The notes beneath the pieces were generated by a model, which was not told the DNA's origin, did no database searches, and saw nothing but the letters and a program-made list of their open reading frames with translations. The translations under genes and the position numbers were made by a program. This document shows, piece by piece, positions 1-10,340 of a stretch of DNA of 64,000 nt (the first letter of the stretch is position 1; every line of letters starts with the position of its first letter). The DNA lies in assembly GCA_963695345.1 (NCBI GenBank), contig OY968769.1, forward strand, positions 1,152,001 through 1,216,000. The letters are read 5' to 3'. This DNA is from an uncultured Methanomassiliicoccales archaeon. Its GTDB lineage: Archaea; Thermoplasmatota; Thermoplasmata; Methanomassiliicoccales; UBA472.

Positions 1-94
1 GAAGCGCGCAACTAATCAAGGTTGCGAGCCCCGAAGAGAACTATCCAATTTCTAAAGCTAGAAATATGACGAACCCGAATGATATCTTGAGCCC

Positions 95-607
95 ATGGTA
101 GCACCTCCGTCGGTATTATCGATCCTTTCCGCTGCGAGACAGATCGAGATCTTCGGCATCCAATTCTACTCCAAGGTGGCGACCTGCGTAGCCGACGAAA
201 ACGGTAAGGCTCTCATGAGATCCCTCGGTGCCGATGAACGCACGCACAAGGAGACGATCGAAGAACTGATGTTCCACCTCGCTCCGGGAATTGACCTTGA
301 CGGCATTGAACCGGACAAGGGGTTCTTGAACATCCTCCCCGACAAGGTGTTCCCGTTCCCTCCTGAGGGGGCTTGTTTGACGGTGGGTGACGAGATACGT
401 GCGGTCCAGATCGGGCTGGATGTGGAGGTCGCCTCGGTGAGGATGTACCAGGAGGCCTCGGCCATGGTCGGCGACCCTAAGATAAAGGACATACTGATCA
501 CGCTCGCCCAGATCGAGGAGAAACATAAGCTCCTCCTCGAATCCTCTCTAGCGATGCTGAAAACCGATGGCAGCTGGTACGCCTATACCCCGATATTAGA
601 GGGTTAG
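95..607 (+). CDS. Ferritin-like/rubrerythrin-family diiron protein
   Basis: Two E...ExxH diiron motifs (EIFGIQFY...DERTH; EVASVRMY...EEKH) in a four-helix-bundle pattern. Confidence 0.8.
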   Translation: MVAPPSVLSILSAARQIEIFGIQFYSKVATCVADENGKALMRSLGADERTHKETIEELMFHLAPGIDLDGIEPDKGFLNILPDKVFPFPPEGACLTVGDEIRAVQIGLDVEVASVRMYQEASAMVGDPKIKDILITLAQIEEKHKLLLESSLAMLKTDGSWYAYTPILEG

Positions 608-773
608 ATAGGTGTTTAATGGCCATGGAAGCGGGCCGGCCATATGACCTTTAACAAGGGATAGAGACGTCCGTCAGCAGATTTTTATATCCGTCTTCCA
701 TGCTTAGTTACCAACCTGCCAACGGCTATCGGCTCTTCATCTGATACCGACCGGTGTTCACAGAGGTATTTCA

Positions 774-2009
774 ATGGTCAAATTACCAAAAAGCCTTGAA
801 AGGGATATGGCTGCATGTCTTCAGTGCGGATACTGCGTCCAGGTCTGCGATACCTATAATCAGAACCGATGGGAGTCGAACTCGCCTAGAGGCAAAGTCT
901 TCTATCTGAACCAATTGGCCAAGAGGAACGCTCTGGACACCCTTTTGGGTCGCAAGATAAAGCTGGACGATGAGTTCATCGAGTCATTGTACTGGTGCAC
1001 CGGATGCGCCAGGTGCTGGACCGTCTGCCACGTCAGCATCGAGTTCGCCGACTTCTGGGAGGTCGTCAGGGAATGGGCCGCTGAGCAGGGCCACGGACCA
1101 CTGCCCGCCCACGTCAAGATCAGGGAGAGGCTGGAGGAGAAGCGCAACCCGTATGACGAACCGATGGAGAAGCGCGGAGCCTGGTACCCCAAGGATGTGC
1201 CCCGTTCCCCGCAGCCAGACGTGATGTTCTTCGCCGGCTGCACGGCATCCTACCGAGCGCCACATCTGGCCAAGGCCGGAGTGACCGTCCTCAGCAGGGG
1301 AGGCGCCACCATCAATATCATGGGTGAGGACGAATGGTGCTGCACATCACCGGCTCTGAGGACCGGCCAGACGAAGCTGACCCGGAACTTCGTGGAACAC
1401 ACCATCACCACCGTCGAGCGCTCCGGCGCCAAGTCGATGGTCATGACCTGCGCTGGATGCTACAAGACCACCTCGCACGACTACGGCAAGTACTACAATA
1501 GCCCAGCGTTCCCGGTGCAACACTTCGCGGAGGCGTCCGAGAAGATGATCAAGGAGAAGAAGCTCAAGTTCACGAAGGAGATCAAGGCGAAGGTCACCTA
1601 CCATGACCCGTGCCATCTGGGGCGTCACGCCCATGTCTTCGACTCGCCGCGTGAGTGCATCAAAGCGATCCCCGGCGTCACCCTGGTCGAGATGAAGCAT
1701 GTCAGGATGGACTCCAAGTGCTGCGGCGCCGGAGGCGGATTCAAGTCCGCCAACAACGACACCGCCGTCGCCATCGCGGCAGAGAGGGTAAAGGAGGCAG
1801 TGGAAACCGGAGCGGACATCCTCGCCACCGCATGCCCGTTCTGCGTCGTCAACCTGCAGCAGGGTGCGAAGAAGATCGGCGCCAAGATCAAGATCATGGA
1901 CATCTCGGAGATGCTGCTCGAGGCCACGGAACCGGTTCCGCCGGCACCCGCAGCCGCTCCGGCTGCCCCTGCTCCGGCAGCACCTGCCGCGCCAGCGGAA
2001 AAGAAGTAA
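774..2009 (+). CDS. Fe-S oxidoreductase, HdrD/GlpC-like (two [4Fe-4S] motifs plus two CCG domains)
   Basis: CLQCGYCVQVC and CTGCARCWTVC motifs; FAGC...WCC...CAGC and YHDPC...CCGAGGG...CPFC; Ala/Pro-rich tail. Confidence 0.85.
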   Translation: MVKLPKSLERDMAACLQCGYCVQVCDTYNQNRWESNSPRGKVFYLNQLAKRNALDTLLGRKIKLDDEFIESLYWCTGCARCWTVCHVSIEFADFWEVVREWAAEQGHGPLPAHVKIRERLEEKRNPYDEPMEKRGAWYPKDVPRSPQPDVMFFAGCTASYRAPHLAKAGVTVLSRGGATINIMGEDEWCCTSPALRTGQTKLTRNFVEHTITTVERSGAKSMVMTCAGCYKTTSHDYGKYYNSPAFPVQHFAEASEKMIKEKKLKFTKEIKAKVTYHDPCHLGRHAHVFDSPRECIKAIPGVTLVEMKHVRMDSKCCGAGGGFKSANNDTAVAIAAERVKEAVETGADILATACPFCVVNLQQGAKKIGAKIKIMDISEMLLEATEPVPPAPAAAPAAPAPAAPAAPAEKK

Positions 2010-2017
2010 ACTCTAGC

Positions 2018-2052
2018 GCCGGTCTTTGACCGGCCTTCACTTCCATTTTTTT
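2018..2052 (+). terminator. Hairpin plus T-run terminator after the HdrD-like gene
   Basis: GCCGGTC-ttt-GACCGGC followed by a pyrimidine/T tract. Confidence 0.5.
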
Positions 2053-2135
2053 CGAGAAACAATCACTATCGGAGATCTTTCGCAAAACTTCAAGTATCGA
2101 TTGACTTTCGTTATCAGGTCACTGGACACAATTCC

Positions 2136-4878
2136 ATGGTATTCGAACTTCTGGACGATAGGATCAGAAAGGTCCTCTCCGACAAGCAGATCAGTATGCC
2201 GACGGGGCCCCAATCAGAGGCCATACCGCACATCCTGGCAGGCAGGAACATTCTGCTGGTGGCACCGACCGGCATCGGAAAGACGGAGGCGGCGATGCTG
2301 CCCATCTTTCACCGGCTCATCTCCACCGAGGGAAAGGGTATCCGATGCATCTACGTGACGCCCCTGAGGGCCCTGAACAGGGATATGCTTCGCCGCCTGG
2401 AGGAGTTTGGGGATGCCCTCGATCTGCGCGTTGCCGTCCGTCACGGGGACACCCCCCAATCGGAGCGGACACACCAATCGAAGTACGCGCCAGATGTTCT
2501 CATCACGACGCCGGAGACCCTCCAGATCATGTTCACCGGCAAGAACTTGAGGCAGCACCTATCGAACGTGAAGTTCTTCGTGGTCGATGAGATACACGAG
2601 CTTGCCAACGACGAGAGAGGAGCCCAGCTCGCCATCGCCATGGAACGGCTTGTCTATCTGGCCGGGGATTTCCAGAGGATCGGCCTATCGGCCACGGTGG
2701 GCAGCATCCAGGAGGTCGCGAACTTCCTGGGCGGACCCAAACGTCAGGTCACGATCGTGAAAGCACAGATAGCCAAGGAGATGAGGCTGTCGGTTCAATA
2801 CCCGGAGGTAACGGACGAGGACCGGGATCTGGCTGGTACGCTACAGAGCGACGCCCAGCTGACCGCGTGCATGCGGCGATGCAGGAAGATGATCGAGGAA
2901 CATCGGTCCACCCTGCTGTTCGTGAACACCCGTGATACCGCGGAGGCCTTGGCCGCCCGGTACCACATATGGGACGAGACGTTCTCCGTTGGTGTGCATC
3001 ATGGATCGCTGTCCAAGGAGACGCGCATCGAGATGGAGGAGAACTTCAAGGCGGAGAAGCTGAAGGGACTGATATGCACCTCATCGCTGGAGATGGGCAT
3101 CGACATCGGATCGGCGGACTACGCCATCCAGTACAACTCCCCCAGGCAGGTGGCCAGGCTCATCCAGAGGATGGGGCGGGCCGGGCATCAGGTGGGGGCC
3201 TATTCGGAAGGAGCGGTGGTGGCCTCATCCCCCGACGAGATCGTGGAGTCCATGGTCATCACCCGCAAGGCACTGAACGAGGAGCTCGAGCCTCTGCTCG
3301 TCCGCCCCTGTCCGATGACCGTGCTGGCTAACCAGCTTGTGGCGATGACCATGCAGGGAAAGGTCAACAAGGACGATGCGTACGCTGCCTGCGTCCGCAC
3401 CTATCCGTTCCGTGACCTTACCCGGGAGAAGTTCGATCGGGATCTTGGACCAGATCTCCAGGATCGGACTAGTCTTCGTGGACCGGGACGACTATAGGCG
3501 ATCATCACGTGGCCGCAAGTACTTCTACGACAACATTTCGATGATCCCTGACGAAAGGACCTACATGATCAGGGAGCTGTCCAGCCGCAAGATCGTGGGC
3601 ACCCTGGACGAATCTTTCGTTGTATCGTTCGCTGAACCATACGCCACCTTCATCACCAGGGGAAGGACGTGGCGCATCATCGAGGTCCGGGAGGACGAAC
3701 TGCTGGTCGAACAGGTCCGTGAGATAGGCTCCATACCCTCCTGGGTCGGAGAGGACATACCGGTCCCGTTTGACGTGGCCCAGGAGGTCGGGAGACTGCG
3801 CAGGCAGGAGAACTATTCCGAGTACATGGGCGACGCCGCATCGGTCAGGGCGGTCAAGGATTACTTCATCGAACAGCGAGCGAAGTTCCCCATGCCCACC
3901 GACAAGAAGGTGACCCTTGAGATCGGAAAACGTCTGGCGATCCTCAACATGTGTTTCGGCACTAAGGTCAACGAGACCCTGTCAAAGATGTTGTCGATAC
4001 TGCTGACCGCTCGACTGGGTGAGTCGGTGGCGGTCACCACCGATCCTTACCGGATCATACTGGACCTGCCGCGCGACATCAAGCCGGATATGATCATCGA
4101 GACGCTGAGGGGGATCCGGTCCGACACGGTCGAGGCATTGGTCCGCATGGTCATAAAGAACTCCAGCCACCTGCGCTGGCGCTTTGTCTACGTGGCAAAG
4201 AAGTTCGGGGCGGTGGACAAGGACGCGGACTACAAGAGCGTGAACTTCGGCAGACTGGTCGAAGCCTACGAGAACAGTCCCATATTCGACGAGGCGATCG
4301 CCCGGGTGCTATGGGAGGATTTTGACCTGGACGGGACTGTGGAGGTCGTCCGGAGCATCGAGTCCGGCGATCTGGAGTTCCAAATATGCGGCCTGACGCC
4401 GATCGGCCGGGCGGGGCTGTCGCATTCGAAGGAGCTGATCACCCCACAGCGCGCCGACCATTCCATCCTGATGGCGCTCAAGAAGCGCCTGGAAGAGGAA
4501 CAGATGCACATGTCCTGCCTCAGCTGCGCCTCCCAGTGGCGTCTGAGGGTCCGGGAGGCGCCCCGGACCGTAACATGCCCCAAGTGCGGCGGCCAGATGA
4601 TCGCCGCGCTCAATCCCTACAACAAGGACCTGGTCAAGCTGGCGAAGAAGAAGAACCTTAACGAGGAGGAAGAGAAAGAGCTGCGCAAGCTGTTCAAGAA
4701 CGGCAGCCTGGTGATGAAATACGGCAAGAAGGCGATGACCGCGCTCGCCGGAAGGGGGATCGGCCCGGACACCGCCTCCAGGGTGCTGGCCGGTTTCTTC
4801 GACAGCGAGGATGATTTCCTCAGGGAGATCCTCAGCGCCGAGATCAACTACGCGAAGACAAAACGTTTCTGGGATTAA
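2136..4878 (+). CDS. lhr: Lhr-family DEAD/DEAH helicase, core form with a C-terminal Cys-rich motif; one apparent indel near 3440
   Basis: APTGIGKT, DEIH, GLSAT, HHGSLS, QRMGRAGH, IPSWVGE, CLSC...CPKC; ORFs 2136-3497 and 3376-4878 are the two halves. Confidence 0.88.
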
Positions 4879-5505
4879 GGCCTAGCCCGGACCGGATTGG
4901 TAAGATTTCCGACCCCCTCGATCCTCATTTCGATCAGGTCGCCCGGGACGATCGGGCCGACCCCGCTGGGAGTGCCGGTGGCGATTATGTCGCCTTCTTC
5001 CAGCGTCATCCATTTGGAAATGAACGCTATCAGCTCCTCCGGCGTGTAGATCATCATGGAGGTGTTCCCATGCTGCCTCGGCATTCCGTTCACATGACAC
5101 GATATCTCCAGATCGTGGATGTCATGGGCCGATGCCAGCGGCTCTCGGTTCCGACATCGGCGCGAACGTGTCCATGCCCTTGCTCAATGTCCAGGGCAGT
5201 CCGTCCTTCCGATATGCGTTCTGGATGTCCCGGGCGGTCACATCGTTGAAGACCGCCAGGCCGGAAACGTGGTCCATAGCCGTTTCCTTCGGGATGTTCT
5301 TCCCGGCTTTGCCTATGACCAGGGCTAGTTCGACCTCGTGGTCGACCCTGCCGATGCCCTCGGGGATCAGGATCGGGTCTTGGTTGGCGACAAGGGATGA
5401 CATCGGTTTCAGGAAGATCACCGGTTCGGAAGGCACTTCGTTCTTAAGCTCCTTGATGTGCTCCCGATAGTTCTGGCCGATGCACACTATCTTTCCGCTC
5501 GTCAT
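4875..5505 (-). CDS. Fumarylacetoacetate hydrolase family protein (indel near 5100-5140)
   Basis: KIVCIGQNYREH, HEVEL, NDVTARDIQ, KGMDTF and GDIIATGTPSGVG spread over two ORFs. Confidence 0.88.
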
Positions 5506-5516
5506 CTGCACGCCTT

Positions 5517-5783
5517 CTACTGGAACGGGTCGGACCCTGATGCGCCTACGTCGTCCCGCTCGGATACGGTCTCGAACTTCATGAGCACGTTCATCCCTTT
5601 CAGGGTGGCATGAACCTTATCGGCCAGATAGATCGCGTCGTCAAGCGTGGCATTCTTGTCCCATTTGTAAATGCCGTCATAATTGCCCTTGGTCGGTTCA
5701 AAGCCCAGGTTCCGGAGAGCATCCAGTATTTCCGAGGGGCGTCTGCCCTCGGAACTGAACGTGACGGTGATGTACGTCAACAT
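5517..5783 (-). CDS. Small hypothetical protein (ferredoxin-like alpha/beta pattern)
   Basis: Clean ORF with host-like codon usage between rlmE and the FAH gene. Confidence 0.7.
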   Translation of the reverse strand: MLTYITVTFSSEGRRPSEILDALRNLGFEPTKGNYDGIYKWDKNATLDDAIYLADKVHATLKGMNVLMKFETVSERDDVGASGSDPFQ

Positions 5784-5829
5784 GAAGGGTAATACCAAAC
5801 TCCGCTCCTTTAACGGTTACGGAAACTAC

Positions 5830-6475
5830 CTAGTTGTCTTCCTTCTCATTCGCGAGGATGACGTGGTCTTCGCCCCTGAACTTTCTGGCGATGATGTACA
5901 TCTCGGACGAGCTGTCCCTCGACGCCTTCGGCGCGAACATGCGCACGTTGTCGAAGTACTTCTTGACCTCGGTAACGAACTCCTTGGTGTCCTGGCCTTC
6001 GAAGATCTTCATGACCAGGGAGCCGTTGTCCACCAATGTCTTCCGGGCGAACGACAGCGCGTACTCGCACAGCTCGACCGACCGGGCCTGGTCGGTGTTG
6101 TAGGCACCGGAGATGTTCGGGCTCATGTCGGAAAGAACGACGTCGGCCTTTCCCGCGATCATGTAGAGAAGTTTGTCTACCGTCTCCTGCTTCCTGATGT
6201 CGCCGCGGATGGTCTCGACCATCCCGTCAACGGGAGCGATGCTCTGCAGGTCCACTCCGACCACATGGCCGGTCTCCGTGACCCGTTCTGAGGCGACCTG
6301 CAGCCATCCGCCCGGCGCCGCCCCCAGGTCCACCACGACGTGGCCGGGTTTCATGATATGGAAACGATCGTCGATCTGTATGAGCTTGAAGGAGGCACGG
6401 CTGCGATAGTCCAGCTGCTTCGCCTTTCGGTAGATAGAAGTCCTTTCGGCGGGCCGAGAGCCAGTTCTTGGACAT
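5830..6475 (-). CDS. rlmE: 23S rRNA U2552 2'-O-methyltransferase RlmE/FtsJ (indel near 6430)
   Basis: YRSRASFKL, VVDLGAAPGGW, VLSDMSPNISG, KIFEG, KASRDSSSEMY. Confidence 0.92.
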
Positions 6476-6575
6476 AACGTGCTGTTCGATGCAATTCGGG
6501 GATAAAACGTTTGTCATTGCGAACACGAACGGACCGACATTGTCATCGGCCTAGTCCGACCCGTGCCTCATCTGT

Positions 6576-7253
6576 CTATTTGATGCAATAGAAACCAGCC
6601 TGCATGTACGAATACCAGAGCAGCTCGACCGTACTGAACCCCACGCTCCGGTATAGCTCCAAGTGCTCTTCGACAGTGATTGGAAAATATTCCCTGTCAA
6701 ACCTGGCGAGGTTGGCGGCCACCTCTTCCGGGCTCTTGCCCATTTCCGTCTGAAAACGTTCCCAGTATCTCTTTCCGATCTCGACGCCCCGGTCGGTAAA
6801 TGGCCTCACGTTCTCGAACGTGATGAACACCCCCTCCGCCGGAAGCATGACATGGCATGCCTGCACCGCCCTCCTCCTCTCATTGTTCGATAGATAGTGA
6901 TGGCACTGGATGGCGGTGATCAGGTCTGGTCTTTCACTGACCTGTCCTTCCAGTTCCTGGGAGCATGTCGGCCTGAGGAACCGGACCCTATCCTCTTCTT
7001 CAAACTTTTTCTGCGCCTGTCCGAGCATGGTTTCGGAAGGATCCGCGAGCAGGAAATGGGTGCTCGGGAACCGATCCAAAGCCGTCCTGACCAACGTTCC
7101 CGTGCCACAGCCGGTATCGAGCCACAGCCCAGGCGGCCTGTCCAATGACAGTACCAGGTCGATGATTCCTTGGTGTATGAGTTCGTAGTGGGGGATGGTT
7201 CGGGTGATCTGAGCGTCGTAGTCTCCGGGAAAATGGAAGGGGCCGCTGTTCAT
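6576..7253 (-). CDS. Class I SAM-dependent methyltransferase
   Basis: WLDTGCGTG motif I, ADPSETM, QCHHY. Confidence 0.85.
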   Translation of the reverse strand: MNSGPFHFPGDYDAQITRTIPHYELIHQGIIDLVLSLDRPPGLWLDTGCGTGTLVRTALDRFPSTHFLLADPSETMLGQAQKKFEEEDRVRFLRPTCSQELEGQVSERPDLITAIQCHHYLSNNERRRAVQACHVMLPAEGVFITFENVRPFTDRGVEIGKRYWERFQTEMGKSPEEVAANLARFDREYFPITVEEHLELYRSVGFSTVELLWYSYMQAGFYCIK

Positions 7254-7365
7254 TTCGGCTGAAATGGGTCATGACCATATTAAGAACCTGCGAGCCATGG
7301 AAACCGCCTTGACGTCCGATGAAAGACTATTTAGACGGCGGACCGATTTACCTCCGGTGCCCTCC

Positions 7366-8391
7366 ATGACCCAGAACGACTGGACGTACGCCCGCGCGGG
7401 TGTCGACATCGAGCAGAAGTCCCGTTCCATCGCATCGCTAGTCAATAGGCTCACCTACCGCAGGACCGGCAAGGGCAGGGTCATAGACATCAAGGGACAG
7501 TTCACCAGTCTGATTGATTTTGACGGGATCGTCCTTACACTGTGCACCGATGGCGTCGGCACCAAACTGCTCATAGCCGAGGCATTGGACAAATGGGACA
7601 CGGTCGGCATCGATTGCATGGCCATGAACGTCAACGACACCATATGCGTCGGTGCCGAGCCGTTCGCGTTCGTGGATTATATCGCCATCGACAAGCCCGA
7701 CGAGAGGATCACCGAGCAGATCGGCATCGGCCTGGAGAAAGCCGCCGAGGAATGCAACGTGGACATCGTCGGCGGTGAGATCGCCGTACTACCGGAGATC
7801 GTGCGCGGCGTGGACCTGTCCGGAACCGCGCTGGGCTGGCTGGAGAAGGACAGGATCGTCGACGGAAGCAAAGTGCAGGTCGGCGACGCCATCATCGGGC
7901 TGAGGTCGTCCGGGATACACTCCAACGGCATGACGCTGGCCAGGAAGGTGCTCGAGTCGGCCGAGATCGGGCTGGACCAGAAGTTCGACCGGCTGGGAAA
8001 GACCATCGGTCAAGAGCTGCTGACGCCGACCGAGCTCTATGTCAAAAAGGTGGTCGAGCTGGTCGAAAAGGTCCAGGTCCACGGCATGGTGGACGTGACC
8101 GGCGGCGGTCTGAAGAACTTCGTCCGCCTGAAGAAGGATGTCCTATTCGAGATGTCCGACCCGATCAGACCGCAGCCGGTGTTCGAGATTATCTCCGAGC
8201 TGGGCAACGTAAATGCCACCGAGATGTACAAGACCTTCAACATGGGCATGGGCTACGGCATCGTTCTACCGCAGGAGAACGTGAAGGAAGCGCTGCAGGT
8301 CCTGGGCGAAGGGGCGAAGGTCGTCGGCCAGGTTGCCATTGGCAGCGGGGTCGGCATCCCGTCCCTCGGCGTTCATTACGAGAATTACTGA
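7366..8391 (+). CDS. purM: Phosphoribosylformylglycinamidine cyclo-ligase (AIR synthetase)
   Basis: TYARAGVDI, TDGVGTK, AMNVND, SSGIHSNG, TGGG, TFNMGMG. Confidence 0.95.
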   Translation: MTQNDWTYARAGVDIEQKSRSIASLVNRLTYRRTGKGRVIDIKGQFTSLIDFDGIVLTLCTDGVGTKLLIAEALDKWDTVGIDCMAMNVNDTICVGAEPFAFVDYIAIDKPDERITEQIGIGLEKAAEECNVDIVGGEIAVLPEIVRGVDLSGTALGWLEKDRIVDGSKVQVGDAIIGLRSSGIHSNGMTLARKVLESAEIGLDQKFDRLGKTIGQELLTPTELYVKKVVELVEKVQVHGMVDVTGGGLKNFVRLKKDVLFEMSDPIRPQPVFEIISELGNVNATEMYKTFNMGMGYGIVLPQENVKEALQVLGEGAKVVGQVAIGSGVGIPSLGVHYENY

Positions 8392-8392
8392 A

Positions 8393-9715
8393 ATGAAGCG
8401 CATCTCGCTCAATTCCCGATCGCTTGGCTCTGAGTTCGCCGCCTTCGAGAGGGAGCTGATGCGGCCCGACCGGCATGCTGGCTGGGTCAAGTTCATTGCC
8501 CAGGGAGTCATACGTCTAAGGCGCTCGCCGTTCTCCGAACATTATTCAGACATCTACTATTACGTACCCGATGACATCCAGCTCCGCGAGGGTGAGCTCG
8601 TCGACCTGAATGTGGGCCCACTGCGCTGGACAGGAATCAAGATCGAGGACGGATCGGTCTATCCATCGTACAAGGCCTCCTACCGGGAAGTGCGCAGCGT
8701 TGAGAAAGGCGTTCTCAGACTTCCGAAGCCGCGCATCGACGCCAAGGATTTCCAGTATTTCCTGACCGAGCAGTGGAGGGACGCAGAATACGATGACCTG
8801 GGCAAGTCGTTGGCGCTTCAGCTTCTTTCCTGCCCTTCGGACGTCTACGGGAATGGCGGCATCGGCGCCCAGTCTATCTGCCTTTCGACGAAGAAGGGGC
8901 CGCTGCTAGACCTGAAATCGACCATCAGGAACAACCTGCCCTTGGAATTCACCGGGAGGAGCGACCGCTACCGCTTCGACGTTATTGAGAAGGATGAGCA
9001 GACCGAAGACCTTCACAGGAGCCTTGGACGGTCATCGGCAAGGGAAACGTCGTTCAACTTCCTCACCGTCATGAACCCGCTGTCGGACCCATTGCCAGTG
9101 CAGGTGCCGACCACGATCATAAACGCTTACAAGGTCGGTGCGGAGAAGGAGCCGAACCTGGACGTCCTGGAGTACCTGCTCTACTCGCTCATGATCAGAC
9201 CGGTGATCAAGCGTTCCGCCGTCACCGAGATCGAAGCCGGGATGAGGCTGGTCAAGGAGCAGGTGGAGCCGGAATCGGTGGAGCTGGAACTGCCCATTGA
9301 CCGGTATGCGATAACAAAGCTGGCGATGGCGATGTGCAGGCTCGAGGGCAAGGAGGAGATCGACGATTCATCCTTCTCGAGAAGCAAGGACGTCTTCTTC
9401 GATCTGTACCGCGAGTTCCTGGACGCGAAGAAGGACCATTTCATTCCGGGGAAGAGCTCGTATGGAAGGAAGGGCGTCCGATCATCGGTCTCGGGCCAGC
9501 TGGACGCCAATGACCTGATCCTACTTTCCTATGTGCGTAAGATATCAAGAGAGCAGGGCAAGGAGTACGTGACCGTCCAGGACCTCAAGGACGAGCTTGG
9601 CAGGAAACGTTACCAACGTTTCGACCTGGACCGTTCGTTGGAGCGCCTGAACATATTCGGCCGCCTGATACGCGGCGAGAACATGAACGCGTTCAAGCCG
9701 ATTGATCTTGACTAG
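8393..9715 (+). CDS. Hypothetical protein, likely a degenerate MCM-like protein with no Walker A/B
   Basis: Segments align by eye with this window's MCM (YDDLGKSLALQLL vs [13 protein letters not shown]; lid helices; C-terminal winged helix). The ATG lies 1 nt after the purM stop. Confidence 0.6.
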   Translation: MKRISLNSRSLGSEFAAFERELMRPDRHAGWVKFIAQGVIRLRRSPFSEHYSDIYYYVPDDIQLREGELVDLNVGPLRWTGIKIEDGSVYPSYKASYREVRSVEKGVLRLPKPRIDAKDFQYFLTEQWRDAEYDDLGKSLALQLLSCPSDVYGNGGIGAQSICLSTKKGPLLDLKSTIRNNLPLEFTGRSDRYRFDVIEKDEQTEDLHRSLGRSSARETSFNFLTVMNPLSDPLPVQVPTTIINAYKVGAEKEPNLDVLEYLLYSLMIRPVIKRSAVTEIEAGMRLVKEQVEPESVELELPIDRYAITKLAMAMCRLEGKEEIDDSSFSRSKDVFFDLYREFLDAKKDHFIPGKSSYGRKGVRSSVSGQLDANDLILLSYVRKISREQGKEYVTVQDLKDELGRKRYQRFDLDRSLERLNIFGRLIRGENMNAFKPIDLD

Positions 9716-9725
9716 TCCAGATGAC

Positions 9726-10289
9726 CTATCTGGTCCGGTCGTGCACCTTGTGGGCGAGGACCGCCACGCACGCGCCTAGAGCGGTGCAGGTCTCCATCGA
9801 GTACTCGCCGAACGTGATGTCCATGTGGTTCGGCGCCATGTCGTGGATGTCCTTCGGGACACCCTTCGGACCGGCCCCGAAGACAAGGCAGATGCTCCTG
9901 CCGTTCAGCAGCATGTCCACCACCTCGTCGACCGACCGTTTCTTCTTCTTGTCCGGGTTGCAGGTGGTCAGCACCACCTCTCCCAGCTGGGGCTGGAAGC
10001 CTTTGCCCGGATACCCGACCGTCGAAAAGCGCCCCTTGGCGGTTACTTCCTTGAGGTAGCCGCCGTCCTCCCCGATCGAGGTCGTCGTAGAAACCCAGTC
10101 GGCGATCTCCTGGGGCGTGTTCAGGTCCTGCGGGAACGGGAAGCCTATCGTCACCAGGTTGCAGTCGAACGCCAGGGCCAGCGGTCCGGCGCGGGCGAGG
10201 ATCCGGCGGTGCGCCTCGCGGAAGTTGTTCGGGTCGTAGGAGTTGTAGATGGCGATGGTCGCCCGGCCGAGACGGCGTGTTTCTTTCAT
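9726..10289 (-). CDS. DUF531-like SPOUT-superfamily putative RNA methyltransferase
   Basis: YNSYD...EAHRRILARAGPLALAF, VFGAGPKG, and the YSMETCTALG knot motif. Confidence 0.75.
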   Translation of the reverse strand: MKETRRLGRATIAIYNSYDPNNFREAHRRILARAGPLALAFDCNLVTIGFPFPQDLNTPQEIADWVSTTTSIGEDGGYLKEVTAKGRFSTVGYPGKGFQPQLGEVVLTTCNPDKKKKRSVDEVVDMLLNGRSICLVFGAGPKGVPKDIHDMAPNHMDITFGEYSMETCTALGACVAVLAHKVHDRTR

Positions 10290-10340
10290 GGTCTGTCCGT
10301 TGAATGATAAAATGGAACAGGCCCGGAGGCCTGAAGGAGT

